Assembly (NCBI GenBank): GCA_001949185.1
Contig: BDGG01000002.1
Coordinates: 7,120,448-7,184,447 of the forward strand
Length of the DNA stretch: 64,000 nt
Direction of reading: 5' to 3'
Source: Ramazzottius varieornatus
Lineage: Eukaryota; Animalia; Tardigrada
Shown here: one piece after another, positions 42,398-53,822 of the stretch
How the letters are laid out: every line of letters starts with the position of its first letter
Numbering within the stretch: the first letter of the stretch is position 1
Position numbers and translations under genes: made by a program
Notes under the pieces: generated by a model
Seen by the model: the letters and a program-made list of their open reading frames with translations, nothing else
What the model was told of the DNA's origin: nothing
Database searches by the model: none

Positions 42398-42883
42398 ATG
42401 GCTCGACTACCATCCGCCGCATCCTGCTTGACTGTTTTTGGATGGATCCTACAGTCTGTGGTTTACGGATACAGCCAGGATGCTTATAGTGGAGGAACAG
42501 CAGCTGCCTATGGAAATGCACCGTCTCCCTCGGGAGGATATGGCGGTGGAGGTTCGAGGTACTCCGGGTCTAGTTCGGGATACGGAGGCGGCGACTATGG
42601 ATCTGGTGCAAGTTCGGGCTCCGGTTACGGGGGCGGAAGTAGCAGCGGAGGTGGCAAAGGGATTATCACTGGCTACGATATCATGACGAAGGATGCCAAA
42701 GAGATAGACTATGAGCAAGTACGGAAACAGGCACTGCTGGGCTATCCCATTCTGGGAGGGCTGTATCCGGCTGTCGGGTACCCCGTCATACCTGCGTTCT
42801 TCGGCTGGGGATGGCCCTTTATTTATGGAGGATACGGAGGCTTAGGTCCTTTTTATGGCGCACAGGGATATGGAAAGAAATAA
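42398..42883 (+). CDS. Secreted Gly/Tyr/Ser-rich protein 2
   Basis: Hydrophobic N-terminus, GGYGGG tracts, core LLGYPILGGLYPAVGYPVIPAFFGWGWPF, ends GYGKK. Confidence 0.8.
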   Translation: MARLPSAASCLTVFGWILQSVVYGYSQDAYSGGTAAAYGNAPSPSGGYGGGGSRYSGSSSGYGGGDYGSGASSGSGYGGGSSSGGGKGIITGYDIMTKDAKEIDYEQVRKQALLGYPILGGLYPAVGYPVIPAFFGWGWPFIYGGYGGLGPFYGAQGYGKK

Positions 42884-43473
42884 CTTCCTGTTTGAGACGG
42901 AAAACGTCCTTCGGCTGTACCTATGGATGAAAGCTGGCTTTCTCCATATCATTCGTCATATAATTTCCTTTGAGGAATATCACTTGACTGTCCTTTCGCA
43001 TGTTCAGATATTTTCATCTAGTTTTTTTATGAAGCGCAGTGCGCGCCTTATCTTCGAGACCTACAGGTTCGTGGTCTGAGTTCCCATGTCGCTGCGAGAT
43101 GAAGTGCAAGGGAGTCGTTTTTACTGTAAACGCCGGTCACTGTAACGTGAGACTTCACTGCGGACGTCGTCCACTCTGGAAACGGTTTGAACCCTGTGGC
43201 AATTAGTTCTGGGAATGAGTTCAACGGATATCTTGTAGAGAAAGATGCCATGCTACTGGGTAGAGTGAAAGAATACATCATCCGATGTACCAAATCTCAC
43301 ACCATTAAGAGATCGGCGAATGTCAGTTTTTCCGCGCCTGATAGCTTTTGATGGCTCCAAGCATCCTCATAAAGTCAATAAGATCGCGATGACTATAAAC
43401 AAGAACTCTGTCGAAGAGTATCAAGCAATCGCTCTTACTTTCGGAACACTTTCACCTGATCGCGTCAGCCATC

Positions 43474-44241
43474 ATGGAGACCTCGCTGTTGCTTCGCAGG
43501 AAATGCTTCAGCCGGAATTTTTCCGCGCTGAGCTTCTGTTGCTTGATAGTGATTATATCAGGTGTGTAGATTCGTATTCTCTATTGGCCTCGCTGTTATG
43601 TTTTTTTCCATTATCTTGGTATGCTGAAACAAGGAATTTATATTCGCTTATCTTATTTGCAGAAGTCCATGCTCAATATGGTGGCGGATATAGTGGCATG
43701 GGAGGAGGGTCCTACGGGGGAGCCTACGGTGGTAGTTCGTACGGTGGATCATCTGGAGGTTCCTATGGAGGGTCGTCAGGAGGCTATGGAGGTGGTTATG
43801 GAGGAAGTTACGGCGGTTCTTACGGACAGGATGATGGTTACTATACCTATGCCAGTAGACCAAACTCCAACGGGGTCTATCCTACTCGGAATGGACTCGG
43901 TTACAGCACAAACGATGGATATGCCGCGGCCGCCTACTTGGGAGGATCAAGTTACGGTAGTACTCGCAACGTAGCTTCCGTCTTCCCTTCTCGTCCCTTC
44001 TATGTCGGCGGAATCTACTTCCCACCAGTTTGGTCTTATGGTAAGTTTCCCTACTTAAGTCTTACTCACTGTAGGCTTCACTTGAAAATTCCACTTGGTT
44101 CTTGCAGGGTTCCCAGGAGCTCCAAGAATCCCATTCTATGGAGGAGGACTGGGTTATGGTGGATTTGGTGGCGGCGGATTAGCAGGTGGCGGCGGTGGTT
44201 ATGGTGGTGGTTATGGTGGCGGTAGCGGGTACGGACGTTAA
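43474..44241 (+). CDS. Secreted Gly/Tyr-rich protein 3 (exons 43474-43561, 43663-44040, 44108-44241)
   Basis: Signal ...LSFCCLIVIISEVHA then QYGGGY; (GGSY)n; core PFYVGGIYFPPVWSYGFPG; ends GYGR. Confidence 0.8.
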
Positions 44242-44512
44242 ACGTGAATTGCGCCAACACCTGCATTATCACTTAATTCTCTTGTCTGTGATTGATTTCG
44301 TTTTCCCTTTTTCTGAGTCGAAAATTCATCATAATGCTGGTCATTTTTAAGTTAGAGTGATGAACTAGGGTAGATTTTTTGCCTGAACTCTTCTTTAGAC
44401 AACAAATCTAGTGGCTTTGTGTTACTTTGTGAGAGGATTTGAACAATCCGCGCATGGCTGGCTCCATGACGCCGTTGCTTTGAAGGACTACGGTGAGTGT
44501 TAAAAAGACATA

Positions 44513-44655
44513 CTGTGATGCTTCATGAACTTCGCGAAGTATGTCATCATACGCGCGCAATATCCCTTAAGGGGTTAGTGGGGTGAAGTTTTCGGACCGG
44601 GGTTCAACTGCACGCGTATGATGACGTAATGCACGAAGTTCATGAAGCATTACAG
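44513..44655. mobile_element. 143-bp MITE with TA target duplication
   Basis: About 47-bp TIR CTGTRATGCTTCATGAACTTCG...CATCATACGCG; TA at 44511-12 and 44656-57. Confidence 0.85.
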
Positions 44656-44997
44656 TATTCTCGGAGCGAGACTAATCAACAGCGGGCGGTAGAGAATCTG
44701 CTATTCAACAGAACAAACTTTCACGCATAGTTTATTTGAAGATAGTTTTTGAAAATCTCGATGGCCCAAATAATTCACCTGAAGAACAACTAATCATGAG
44801 TAAGGTTCTTCAAGAACCAGGCCATCGTGAAAGCACTTCGAGTGATCAGCGGCCATTCTTCCGTCGAACTGCCCGCGGTAACTTCTTATAGCTTCGTTCT
44901 CAGACCTTACTCTGTTGGTAATGAGCTCAATCTCACGTCGCTCAAGTTCGAGTTCAAGTTTACTTCGCAGTTGGTCCTTGGATCGCCATAGTAAAAA

Positions 44998-45663
44998 ATG
45001 ATTACCTCCTTCCAGTTTTCCGTCGTCTCTTTGGCGTGGTTTTTCGCTTTGGTTGCTATAGCTTATGGACAATACGGAGCCAGTAGTTATGGAGGAGCAT
45101 CTTCCAGCTCCGGGTATGGTGGCGGTGGAAGCTACGGTTCAGGTGGTGGCTATGGTGGAGGCGGAAGTGGCGGTTATGGTGGTGGAGGAGACGGCTACAA
45201 CAGTGGTGCAGGATATGGTGCTGGTAATTATAACGGAGGTTTTGGCCATGGCGGATATGGAGGATTCGGTGGATTAAGTGGTCTTGGTGGATTTGGTGAG
45301 TAAAACTTGGCAGAGTGGAGCAAGAGTCCATTTGGGACGCGGGTAAATGAACGCCGGCCCCAGATCGCGCGCTATCCAGATGCCATCTCCATTGGCGCAA
45401 GCCTTTATTGGTATTGGCTGGAAGAGTGCGTCACTTAGAAAGGCAATGTCCCTTACAAGATTCTCCTACCTTCAGGGTTTCCCGGTGCCAGTGTTGGCTT
45501 CGGTTTTGGAAGCTTCTTATATCCCTGGCTCTGGCCGAACTACTACGGATTTGGATACAACAAAGGCTTCGGTTTCGGAATTGGTGGTGGCGGTATTGCA
45601 GCTGATGGATATACACCCGGAAGTGGTGGCTCCTACGGCTCGAGTGGATCATATGGCAGATAG
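44998..45663 (+). CDS. Secreted Gly/Tyr-rich protein 4 (exons 44998-45295, 45476-45663)
   Basis: Signal MITSFQFSVVSLAWFFALVAIAYG then QYGASSYGG; core GFPG..FLYPWLWPNYYG; ends SYGR. Confidence 0.85.
45334..45455. repeat. Intronic palindromic element family A, copy 10 (degenerate)
   Basis: tggcgca(45393)-N27-tgcgtca(45427); left arm gggacgcgggtaaatgaac; in the intron of Gly-rich gene 4. Confidence 0.6.
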
Positions 45664-45834
45664 CACTAACAGCAGCCTTCGCAGAAAAAGCAGTCTTTTG
45701 AGTCCTTTGATTTTTATTTTGTCTGAAGTTCCAAAAAGTCGGATAAAGTTTCAGGTAATAATTTAATCTCTACATTGAAAATCGATTCGCCATATCAAGA
45801 TTCACAGCAAACTTTTGTTCGGACAAGGAAAATA

Positions 45835-47723
45835 TCACGTCTGGAGTTCCATGCCTCTGCATCCAGAAGCGGGCTGGCAGATATAGAAGGTTGCTTTTCC
45901 GGCATATGTCTCCTATATATGAACGAAGAGTACGGACAAATTTGAAACAGCCAGATGTGAATATTGAAAGGGAACCCTGCTTTACCCTCATAACATCGAT
46001 TGCTTTATGTAATCCGCTACTCTTGACAAGCGTGACTGTGCAACCTCCAAATCCACCTCCTGTCATCCGGGAACCGTAAACTTCCGGTACCGTCTGAGCA
46101 GCCGCAACCAGTTGGTCCAGTTCAGGTGTTGAAATTTCGAAATCGTCTCTAAGAAAAGCAGCACTGATAAATGGGAAGGTGATCTCACCCAAGTCCTGTC
46201 AGAAGTGACGCATGTTGTCATTGTTGTTGGATGAGTGCGTACGCCACTGGGGAAATGACCTGGGCGAGTTCATTTGCTAGACGTTCTAAATGACCCACAA
46301 AAACTTCCAAATGTTTTACCTCATCGACACATGGCTTTCATTCATCAGTCTTCCTACTTCCGTGTAGTTCTTGGCTTTCAGCGCTTCAGCTGCTTCTTTG
46401 GTCCGCCGAATCTCCGTCACGACATGCCGTACTCTCCGAAACATTTCTTCGTCCATGTCTTTCTGCCTTTCCTTTAGTCTCTTCATATCTAGTTCTCTAA
46501 GGCTTGGAAGACCGAACAGCTTGGCTGCATTGACACAGCTAGCCTTCCGGGTGGGGTACTCGCTGCCTGTCAGCTTGTGCTTGACATTGGAGTTGGTGAT
46601 AAGTATGACCACTTCCGGGTCGTCCAATGGGACAAACTCAGTTTCCAGTGAGCGGCAGTCTAACAGCATCGCAGTCCCAGGCTTCCCAAGGCAGGATATC
46701 ATTTGGTCCATGATACCTTCGTACAACCAATCAACGTCAAACTTTTGATAAGGAAGAAGACATCGTTAGAAGTTCTAGACTTTTTCACTTACCGCAAGGC
46801 ATATGAGCAAACTGGTGCTCCGCCGTCTGACAGGCTTTGGCAACATTCCGATAGCTAAAATGATAAAATCAGTCTTTCAATTGAATATTCCATCGTACAC
46901 TGTACGGTTATTGGTAAGTACCTAAAGTTTTTGGTAAGGTATTTGTACGTACTTTATATGGAGCATTTGCTTGGTCATTGCGGCTAGGAACATGTAGGTC
47001 GCCACCTCCAAGGATGCTGAGCTGGACAGTCCTCCGCCGATAGGCACCGACGTTGTAATCAAGGCTTCAAATGGCTGGATCACACCCAGCTGGCCTAATC
47101 AGTCAGCTCGCATCGTTAATTTGCCAAACCACATGCGTCCGGAAGTTAGCAAACTATACAGTACGTGCGGTATTTACCGTTGAAATTAGCCACAACTCCT
47201 TTCACGTAATTGGCCCATCCCGCTGACTTCGCCGTCGGTGGTTTGGGTCGTGCTTCGATTACCTCTTCCTTCGGATCGCCTACTTGATCTGACAATGTCG
47301 CAACTCGGGACGGACCAGGGGTGAGCTTCGGTGAACCAACGACGACTGTGACGTTCGGAAGGGCCTGAAAAACACAACCAAGATGTCTACGATATCAGCA
47401 GAATCCAACACACAGAAATTTACTTACAACGGGAAGAACGTAGCCATCATTGTAGTCTGAAGAAAAAACAGAAGAACCTCGCTTCAACAATTTGTTTACT
47501 CCCTGGTGCGACCAAGCATGCCGAACAGGCGTCGTGGATGATCGATATCATGTAGAGCTGTAAACATACCGGTGTGTTCCCCAATCAGATTTACCCGTCC
47601 TGGGGCAATTCCGCAGTATTCAGCTGGTCGCCCAAATTTCTTCAGAAAAGCTGCCTTCGCTTGCTCAATAAGACTGTCTACTTCCGGGGCAGTCACGACG
47701 TCCGAATGACCGTCCTTCGCCAT
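45835..47723 (-). CDS. GALK1: Galactokinase, multi-exon
   Basis: [52 protein letters not shown]. Confidence 0.95.
46180..46287. repeat. Intronic palindromic element family A, copy 11
   Basis: tgacgca(46206)-N27-tacgcca(46240); right arm gggaaatgacctgggcgagttcatttgc; in a GALK1 intron. Confidence 0.65.
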
Positions 47724-48462
47724 TGCGACAAGCCACCTGTGATATCATAGAAACCAAGAAAAAAATATCAGCGAAAGCAACTTGGTTTGTTCATCCAGGT
47801 AACCGTGTTGTAGTCCTCGGTATCGGGTATCAACAGCGGTAAGATGGATTAAGTGACAGTATTTCCGCAGGAAACGTGGACCGTGACGTTATCATTTGGC
47901 AAAAACAATTATGGCTAGATCGTTGCTGCGTCAGCTGCCGCCGTTGGGCTTCTCAGCAGCATGGTATAGGTTTACGCGTACGCAAACTGCTATTTCCAGA
48001 CCGTCGTTATTTTATGGAGAACTATCCAATGACAGAGATACTTGAGCGTCTAACTACGTCTTTGGGCAGGACGAGGAACTCTAGCTAGCTGCTCAGCCAG
48101 ATTGACGGCGTACTGTCTGTTTCAGAACAAGTATCACGCACTATTACGTAATGAAGAACTTCTAGCCATTGAGTTTTCGTACTACAAGTAGTCTATAAAA
48201 CCTAGCCGAAGCGAAGGCTGAATTATAGCACACGGCACTAATTAACCTTTTCTATACTGTGCTCTTTGTGTTCAGCCCGCTGGGAAGGGGACGCATACGG
48301 AAGCGCTAACAACGCAAGGTGGAACATCACGTGAATACAATGTCACCCATTGCATGCACTTGAAGGTTTTCTTGTTGAGTCCTTCAACGTCTATGAAGAC
48401 GGTTACGCCTCATAAGGTTCACAAGCCGCAGGGAATCAAACGTCTAGGAAGCTCCACATTCT

Positions 48463-50699
48463 CTAGACCTTATGGACCTTGAGGAGGTTCTCTCGAGCGA
48501 AGCCGTAGAGTTCCTCGTTGACGGTCTTTAGAGCCTGAAGAGCGGCGTCCTTAGCCTGCAACTGATCAAACAGTTCGGCTTCTCTTTCCAGTGCTTCGTC
48601 CAGCCTAGCCTGCATTTCCGGTTGCACTGAAAGAGCATGGGTTTCCGCTTCCGGCTGTTCGCTAAACCGTGACGCCAATGCTGACGAGATACCCTACAAA
48701 GTAATAAATACTTCATGCACTATTCTTAAAGATTTCCTCGCTTAATTGAGTGACGAACCGTGGCGGAGAACTGTGAATCCGAGAAACCATCTCTTTTGTC
48801 AGAGCTATCTCCAACTAACTGCCGCTGAAGAGGAACCAGTGGCCGAGACAGCATCAGATTCTTCTTGCTAAAGACCGACTCTGGGTGCGGACATCGCAAG
48901 AGGTTCGTCACTGGACCTGCGAACGAACCCCATTAACTATCAATTCTGGAAAAATTCGGACCATTAACAGTGCGATTGGGGCGGCTTTGCATCCGGGACG
49001 TGGGCAAGTGAACTGAAACGGGTCGCTATCTCAACTAGCGCACGTTTCCATTGCTACTAGCTGAAGTTGTGCGCTACTTGGGAAAACGATCTGGTTTATC
49101 ATCAGCCCACGTCCCATTATGTGTCTACCTTTCTCGTTTGTTTGGAACACTGTCTTACCTTTGAATTGCAGAACTCTGACGCAAACTCTGCTTTTGACTT
49201 GCCATATGCGCACCGTATTATCATCTGATCCCGTGACCAGCAAGCTTCCATCCGTGTTGAATTGTAAACAGCGAACTGTCTTCCTGCATGCAGATATAAG
49301 CTTAGCAGCGTTCAGAAACCGCAAGGGACTCAAATGACAGTTTAATTAGCGCAAGAAAAATTATGGCTCTTACGTGTGGCCGGAAAACTGGTGACGCTGA
49401 TTCCAGTCATTCTCTGACATAATCTGAGGAAATGCCGATCTGGCTTCCTGTACAAAACCAAGACACGTTGCCTCTGCTGTGATCTCATTAGCCTATATCC
49501 GTTCTGGTACCGAGTTATAATTCCATACCTCAGTTATCAGAGGCAGGCGGTAAACCATGCCACTGTCGTCCGATATGGCCAAGTTAGTAGCTGAAAGATT
49601 TCCGGTCAGAGCGACCAGAGGCTTCCGGAACAGGAAGGTCCCCAAAGGTCCCTGACTAGCAGACAGCGTTTCGTACACCTATATACGATGAGACAAACCT
49701 CGAACAACCTGTAATAATAGCCCACACGGGAAATCTGGGCCTTACCCGGCAGGCGTGATCCGATCCGACCAGAGCCATCAAAGATAGTCCGCAGTCGCTA
49801 CCAGCAAACACAACGTCTTCAATGCGGCCTTGGGTAGAAACGACTTGGGGTGAGCTTGATGCTCCCATCGTGAACACCCTACAATTAACAGGAACGACGA
49901 GGTTAATTGCAGGCTCTCAAACTAGATGCAGTTCGAAGGAAATAGTTGAGGACAACTACGACGAACTTACTCTGCCGTTTTCCAAACGAGAACCATGCCA
50001 TCTTGACCAGCACTCACGAAGAACCTCCCTTCTGTACTGAAAGCGAGACGGCTCACTGGAGAGTAATGCCGCGAAAGGACGGCGAGGAAATCACCTGTGG
50101 AAATCTAATACACGTTCAACAAAACGAAATGTTAGTATCATTTTTCGGCGTAGTTTTGTCCATCGGCTCGGATAAACAGATTCACCTCGTAAACATGGAT
50201 CTTATTCATTATCGCTACAACAAGGATGGATCCGTCAGGACTGATTGCTAGTGCGCTCGTAGTGGAAGGTATGAGTAGAGGTGGCTGGACAGGTGTCTAC
50301 AGAATACAGAACATGTAAGTCAACGTCAACCGGAAGTGTCCAAAACTACATGGAGTATTCCGCGAAGATACATTACCGGCTGGTTCAGAGGCCATACGCT
50401 AATCCACGGTTTCCTCAGCGCTCCTCCAGCGATGTAGGTATTACCAATAAAATCCAGCGTCCTGAAGGACACGAAGCTATTCCGGTATGTGTATACCTTC
50501 TGGCAGGACTGAGAAGAGATGCTCCAGCATTCAATCGCAGAGAGCTTGTCGGCGCCTTCTTCCGGCTGTGCACTAACCATGAAAAGATCCTTGCCGTTTA
50601 GAATTCCCTGTAAAACATCCTTGCGCGTAAGCCAGAAGCATCTCTCATTAGACACACTGCTGCACTTACGGTGATTTCATCGCTCTGTAGCGCATCCAT
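48463..50699 (-). CDS. WDR18: WD-repeat protein 18 / Ipi3 (rixosome subunit), multi-exon
   Basis: GDFLAVLSRHYSPVSRLAFSTEGRFFVSAGQDGMVLVW, DGSLLVTGSDDNTVRIW, C-terminal coiled coil ending NEELYGFA. Confidence 0.85.
48995..49115. repeat. Intronic palindromic element family A, copy 12
   Basis: Ends gggacgtgggc / gcccacgtccc; core tagcgca(49036)-N27-tgcgcta(49070); in a WDR18 intron. Confidence 0.85.
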
Positions 50700-51384
50700 C
50701 CTTCACGAGCTTCTGTCTCGATGGTCATCCGGGATATCCGATTACTCCAGTCCTACGGCAAGCAATCAACACCATCAGGTAGACAGCTATCTGACAAACG
50801 AGGAAAGTATCTGAGATAGTGCATCAAGCGACGAGAATCCCGGACTTCCTGACAAGTCGAACGGAAATAATCAAACAGCCAGCGCAGGGAAAAGCTGCAA
50901 AAGCACGACAGCTGATGCCTGATGGACGTTATTGCGAAATACTACTGTAGCAGAATTTAACAATAAGTCAATAACAGTACAGCTTTTGAAATCTGCCATA
51001 TTTCTCGAGGTCGGTCCAGACGATCCGACTTGTCCAGATTCAACTAAAACCGTAACTCCGTGTGTCTGCCTTGCAGCTCGTTTCGGCGACGGCATTGTGG
51101 ATCGGTCCGGCTTCGTATGGATCGGCTGGCCACGGGTGTCGCAGTTTCTGCATGCCGCTGTACCAGTTTTGTGTGCGATTTATATTTTATTGCTCGATTT
51201 TGGCTTGTGGCTCTGTGCTCGTTGGATTTTGTGACTCTGTCCCCACTTGCGATTCCCGATCGTCTCCTGCTCAAATCTTCCCGGCTGACGACTGATCGAA
51301 AACTTCAGTACTTCTTAGGGTAGCTTCTACAGTATCAGCCGAGGATACACCGGAGTCGTTTGCTTGCCGGAAAGCGCAGATAAT

Positions 51385-52846
51385 ATGGATTACGCTACAG
51401 ACCAGGTGGAATAGTACTCCGTGAATTGATACTGTTCCATCCAGCTCTACAAATGTATCTTACTTGTAGGTGGAGAAGGCCGTATCGGTATTGGTGTCGG
51501 GACACAAAAAGTCGCAGGAGGAACGTCCGACGGCAAACAAATCCCTCCTAACCGAAGACGAGAAACTGCAGCTTACAATAGTCCAGATTCGTATGCCCCC
51601 ATCGTCATACAAGAAACTGAAATGGTGAGACATTCCCATAAGGTTTCACCTATTCCCATTACGAGCAACCTCCTCAGGAATCCTCTTCAGACATTTACCT
51701 TGTGTGTTTGATTTCAGCGATCTCCCGGCACCTTTTCGCATAGAAGGCTCGGCAGAAGTCTGCTTGATCATAAAAGACACCAGCAAGGACAAGCTGTTCG
51801 ACCAGGAGCGCGGCGTTCTCCGGTACAAGGAATACCTACGAACCTGTGGTGTCATTGGTATTACGGAAGTAAGACAATATTGTATTGTATAATACTATTG
51901 TACTTCAGAAGCGGAAGTTTGCGCGACTGTTAGATAGTTTCACAAAACTTTCGTTTTCAGGTCATCACGTACTCGCAGCTCCGAGCTGAGTACAAACCAT
52001 TTGAAGCAAAACGGAAATTACTCGGTCGTTATGACCTCTTCCTAGCGGACGAAAGGATTTACGGCAAGCTTGCCACTGTCCTCGGCTCAAAGTTCTTCGT
52101 CAAGAATAAGTATGGTCATCAAAGTTGCATCGGTTTTGGTTCTAAACACTACCGGTAAGCAGGACAAATTTCGATACGTACTCTCCAGATTTCCGGTCGC
52201 TGTGATCATCGAGAACTCTTCCACGATTGCATCCAGCATCCGATCCGCAATCCGCGCCACATACCTGACAGTCAACGGAAAAGGACCGCAAAGGTAATCT
52301 TGTGATCAGAACAGAGGTTGCACTTCGCGATGTTGGTCGTTCACGAAAACGAGGTTGGTTCGTGATTGTAGCACAATGGAGGTCGGTTCACTTGACCAGA
52401 CACAGGAAGAAATGGTCAAGAACGTGGACCACGCCATATCTTTCCTCAAGAAACACTTTCCGGCGGGCTGGAATAACATCAGAAGTCTGTACCTGAAGAT
52501 GGGCAAACTTTCACTTCCGATATACATCAACCAAGGTAGGTCTCAGAGTTTCGAATCCCCCATTTAAGCAACGAGTACATCTCGTGCGATCGAAAAAGGG
52601 TTCATTGTATGGGTTTGTTTCTTCTGTTATACAGAAACCGCAAATGCCGTTGTTCTTGAAAAGACTAAAAAGATAGCCGGTTTCGACGCGCCAGCTCAAG
52701 AAATTACTACCGTACCCGATGCACGGGTTAAGGTGTGTCGCGATGGATCGATCAAGGTTCTGAAGAAGAAAAAGTCAAAGAACGCACAGAAAAAGACAAT
52801 TTCCACCGCAGCACGGAGCCAGCATGAAAAGCGTTTAAGGGTTTAA
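51385..52846 (+). CDS. RSL1D1: Ribosomal L1 domain-containing protein 1 (Cic1/Utp30-like), multi-exon
   Basis: EVCLIIKD, LRAEYKPFEAKRKLLGRYDLFLADERI, LGSKFF..KFPVAV, WNNIRSLYLK..SLPIY; Lys-rich tail. Confidence 0.9.
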
Positions 52847-53263
52847 GTTTTCTCTCCTTTTCGAGAGCGTCAGCTCGTAGTAAAATATTCGAGAGTCGAA
52901 GCCCTGCTATCCTGAATAAAGTTGTGAAGCGTTAGTCAGCTTCTGATCGGATGGCTACTTATCACCGAGTTATAGCCGGACTTCTGTAATAGGACCGTTA
53001 ATATTTTGAAGAATGAGCTCCCGAAGCAACGGCAAGATTCGGGTTACTTCGCCGGTTGGCTACAAGAGGTCTTTGCAAATCATTTGGTACAGTAAGGATG
53101 TGGAAAGTTGCAACGTAAGCTCTGTACGGTGGATTAGTGACAACTTCCGGCTTCAAATCCTTCAGTCGGGTTTGGGGTCGGCGAACACACTGTGGCTTAC
53201 CAACAATGGCTTTTGGAAACAGCTGGTTAATAAAATTGCTGAGTACAGACAGTAGGCACGGAT

Positions 53264-53536
53264 NNNNNNNNNNNNNNNNNNNNNNNNNNNNNNNNNNNNN
53301 NNNNNNNNNNNNNNNNNNNNNNNNNNNNNNNNNNNNNNNNNNNNNNNNNNNNNNNNNNNNNNNNNNNNNNNNNNNNNNNNNNNNNNNNNNNNNNNNNNNN
53401 NNNNNNNNNNNNNNNNNNNNNNNNNNNNNNNNNNNNNNNNNNNNNNNNNNNNNNNNNNNNNNNNNNNNNNNNNNNNNNNNNNNNNNNNNNNNNNNNNNNN
53501 NNNNNNNNNNNNNNNNNNNNNNNNNNNNNNNNNNNN
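53264..53536. other. Assembly gap (273 N)
   Basis: Run of N. Confidence 1.
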
Positions 53537-53544
53537 AAAAAGTG

Positions 53545-53649
53545 TGCACGGAGTGAGATTTGAACTCACGCTCTCCGAAGAGAACCAGAAGTCCCTGGAA
53601 GTCAGTGCAGACTTGAGTCTGGCGCCTTAGACCGCTCGGCCATCCGTGC
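53545..53649 (-). tRNA. tRNA-Leu(CAA) with a 21-nt intron (53591-53611)
   Basis: GCACGGATGGCCGAGCGGTCTAAGGCGCCAGACTCAAG[intron]TTCTGGTTCTCTTCGGAGAGCGTGAGTTCAAATCTCACTCCGTGCA; long variable arm; oligo-T terminator follows. Confidence 0.95.
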
Positions 53650-53822
53650 TTTCGATGATTCAGGAGCGAAATCTGAGTTTTGAATATTCGGTTTCAATAG
53701 ACGCCGATACCGCTTCTTTTATCGAGTTTTCAAGATGATTTTCTGGCTGAAAACCATCTTCTGGCGAATCTCCTGCTATGCCGTATTCGGATATCCCTCG
53801 TAACAGTATCCCAGAAGAAACA

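Noticed and set aside
40627-45652. His/Arg-rich and Thr/Ala-rich ORFs on the opposite strand or in other frames
   Set aside because: Shadows of the GGN/TAY codon repeats of the Gly-rich genes.
52998-53569. ORFs spanning the N run
   Set aside because: Artefacts of the assembly gap.
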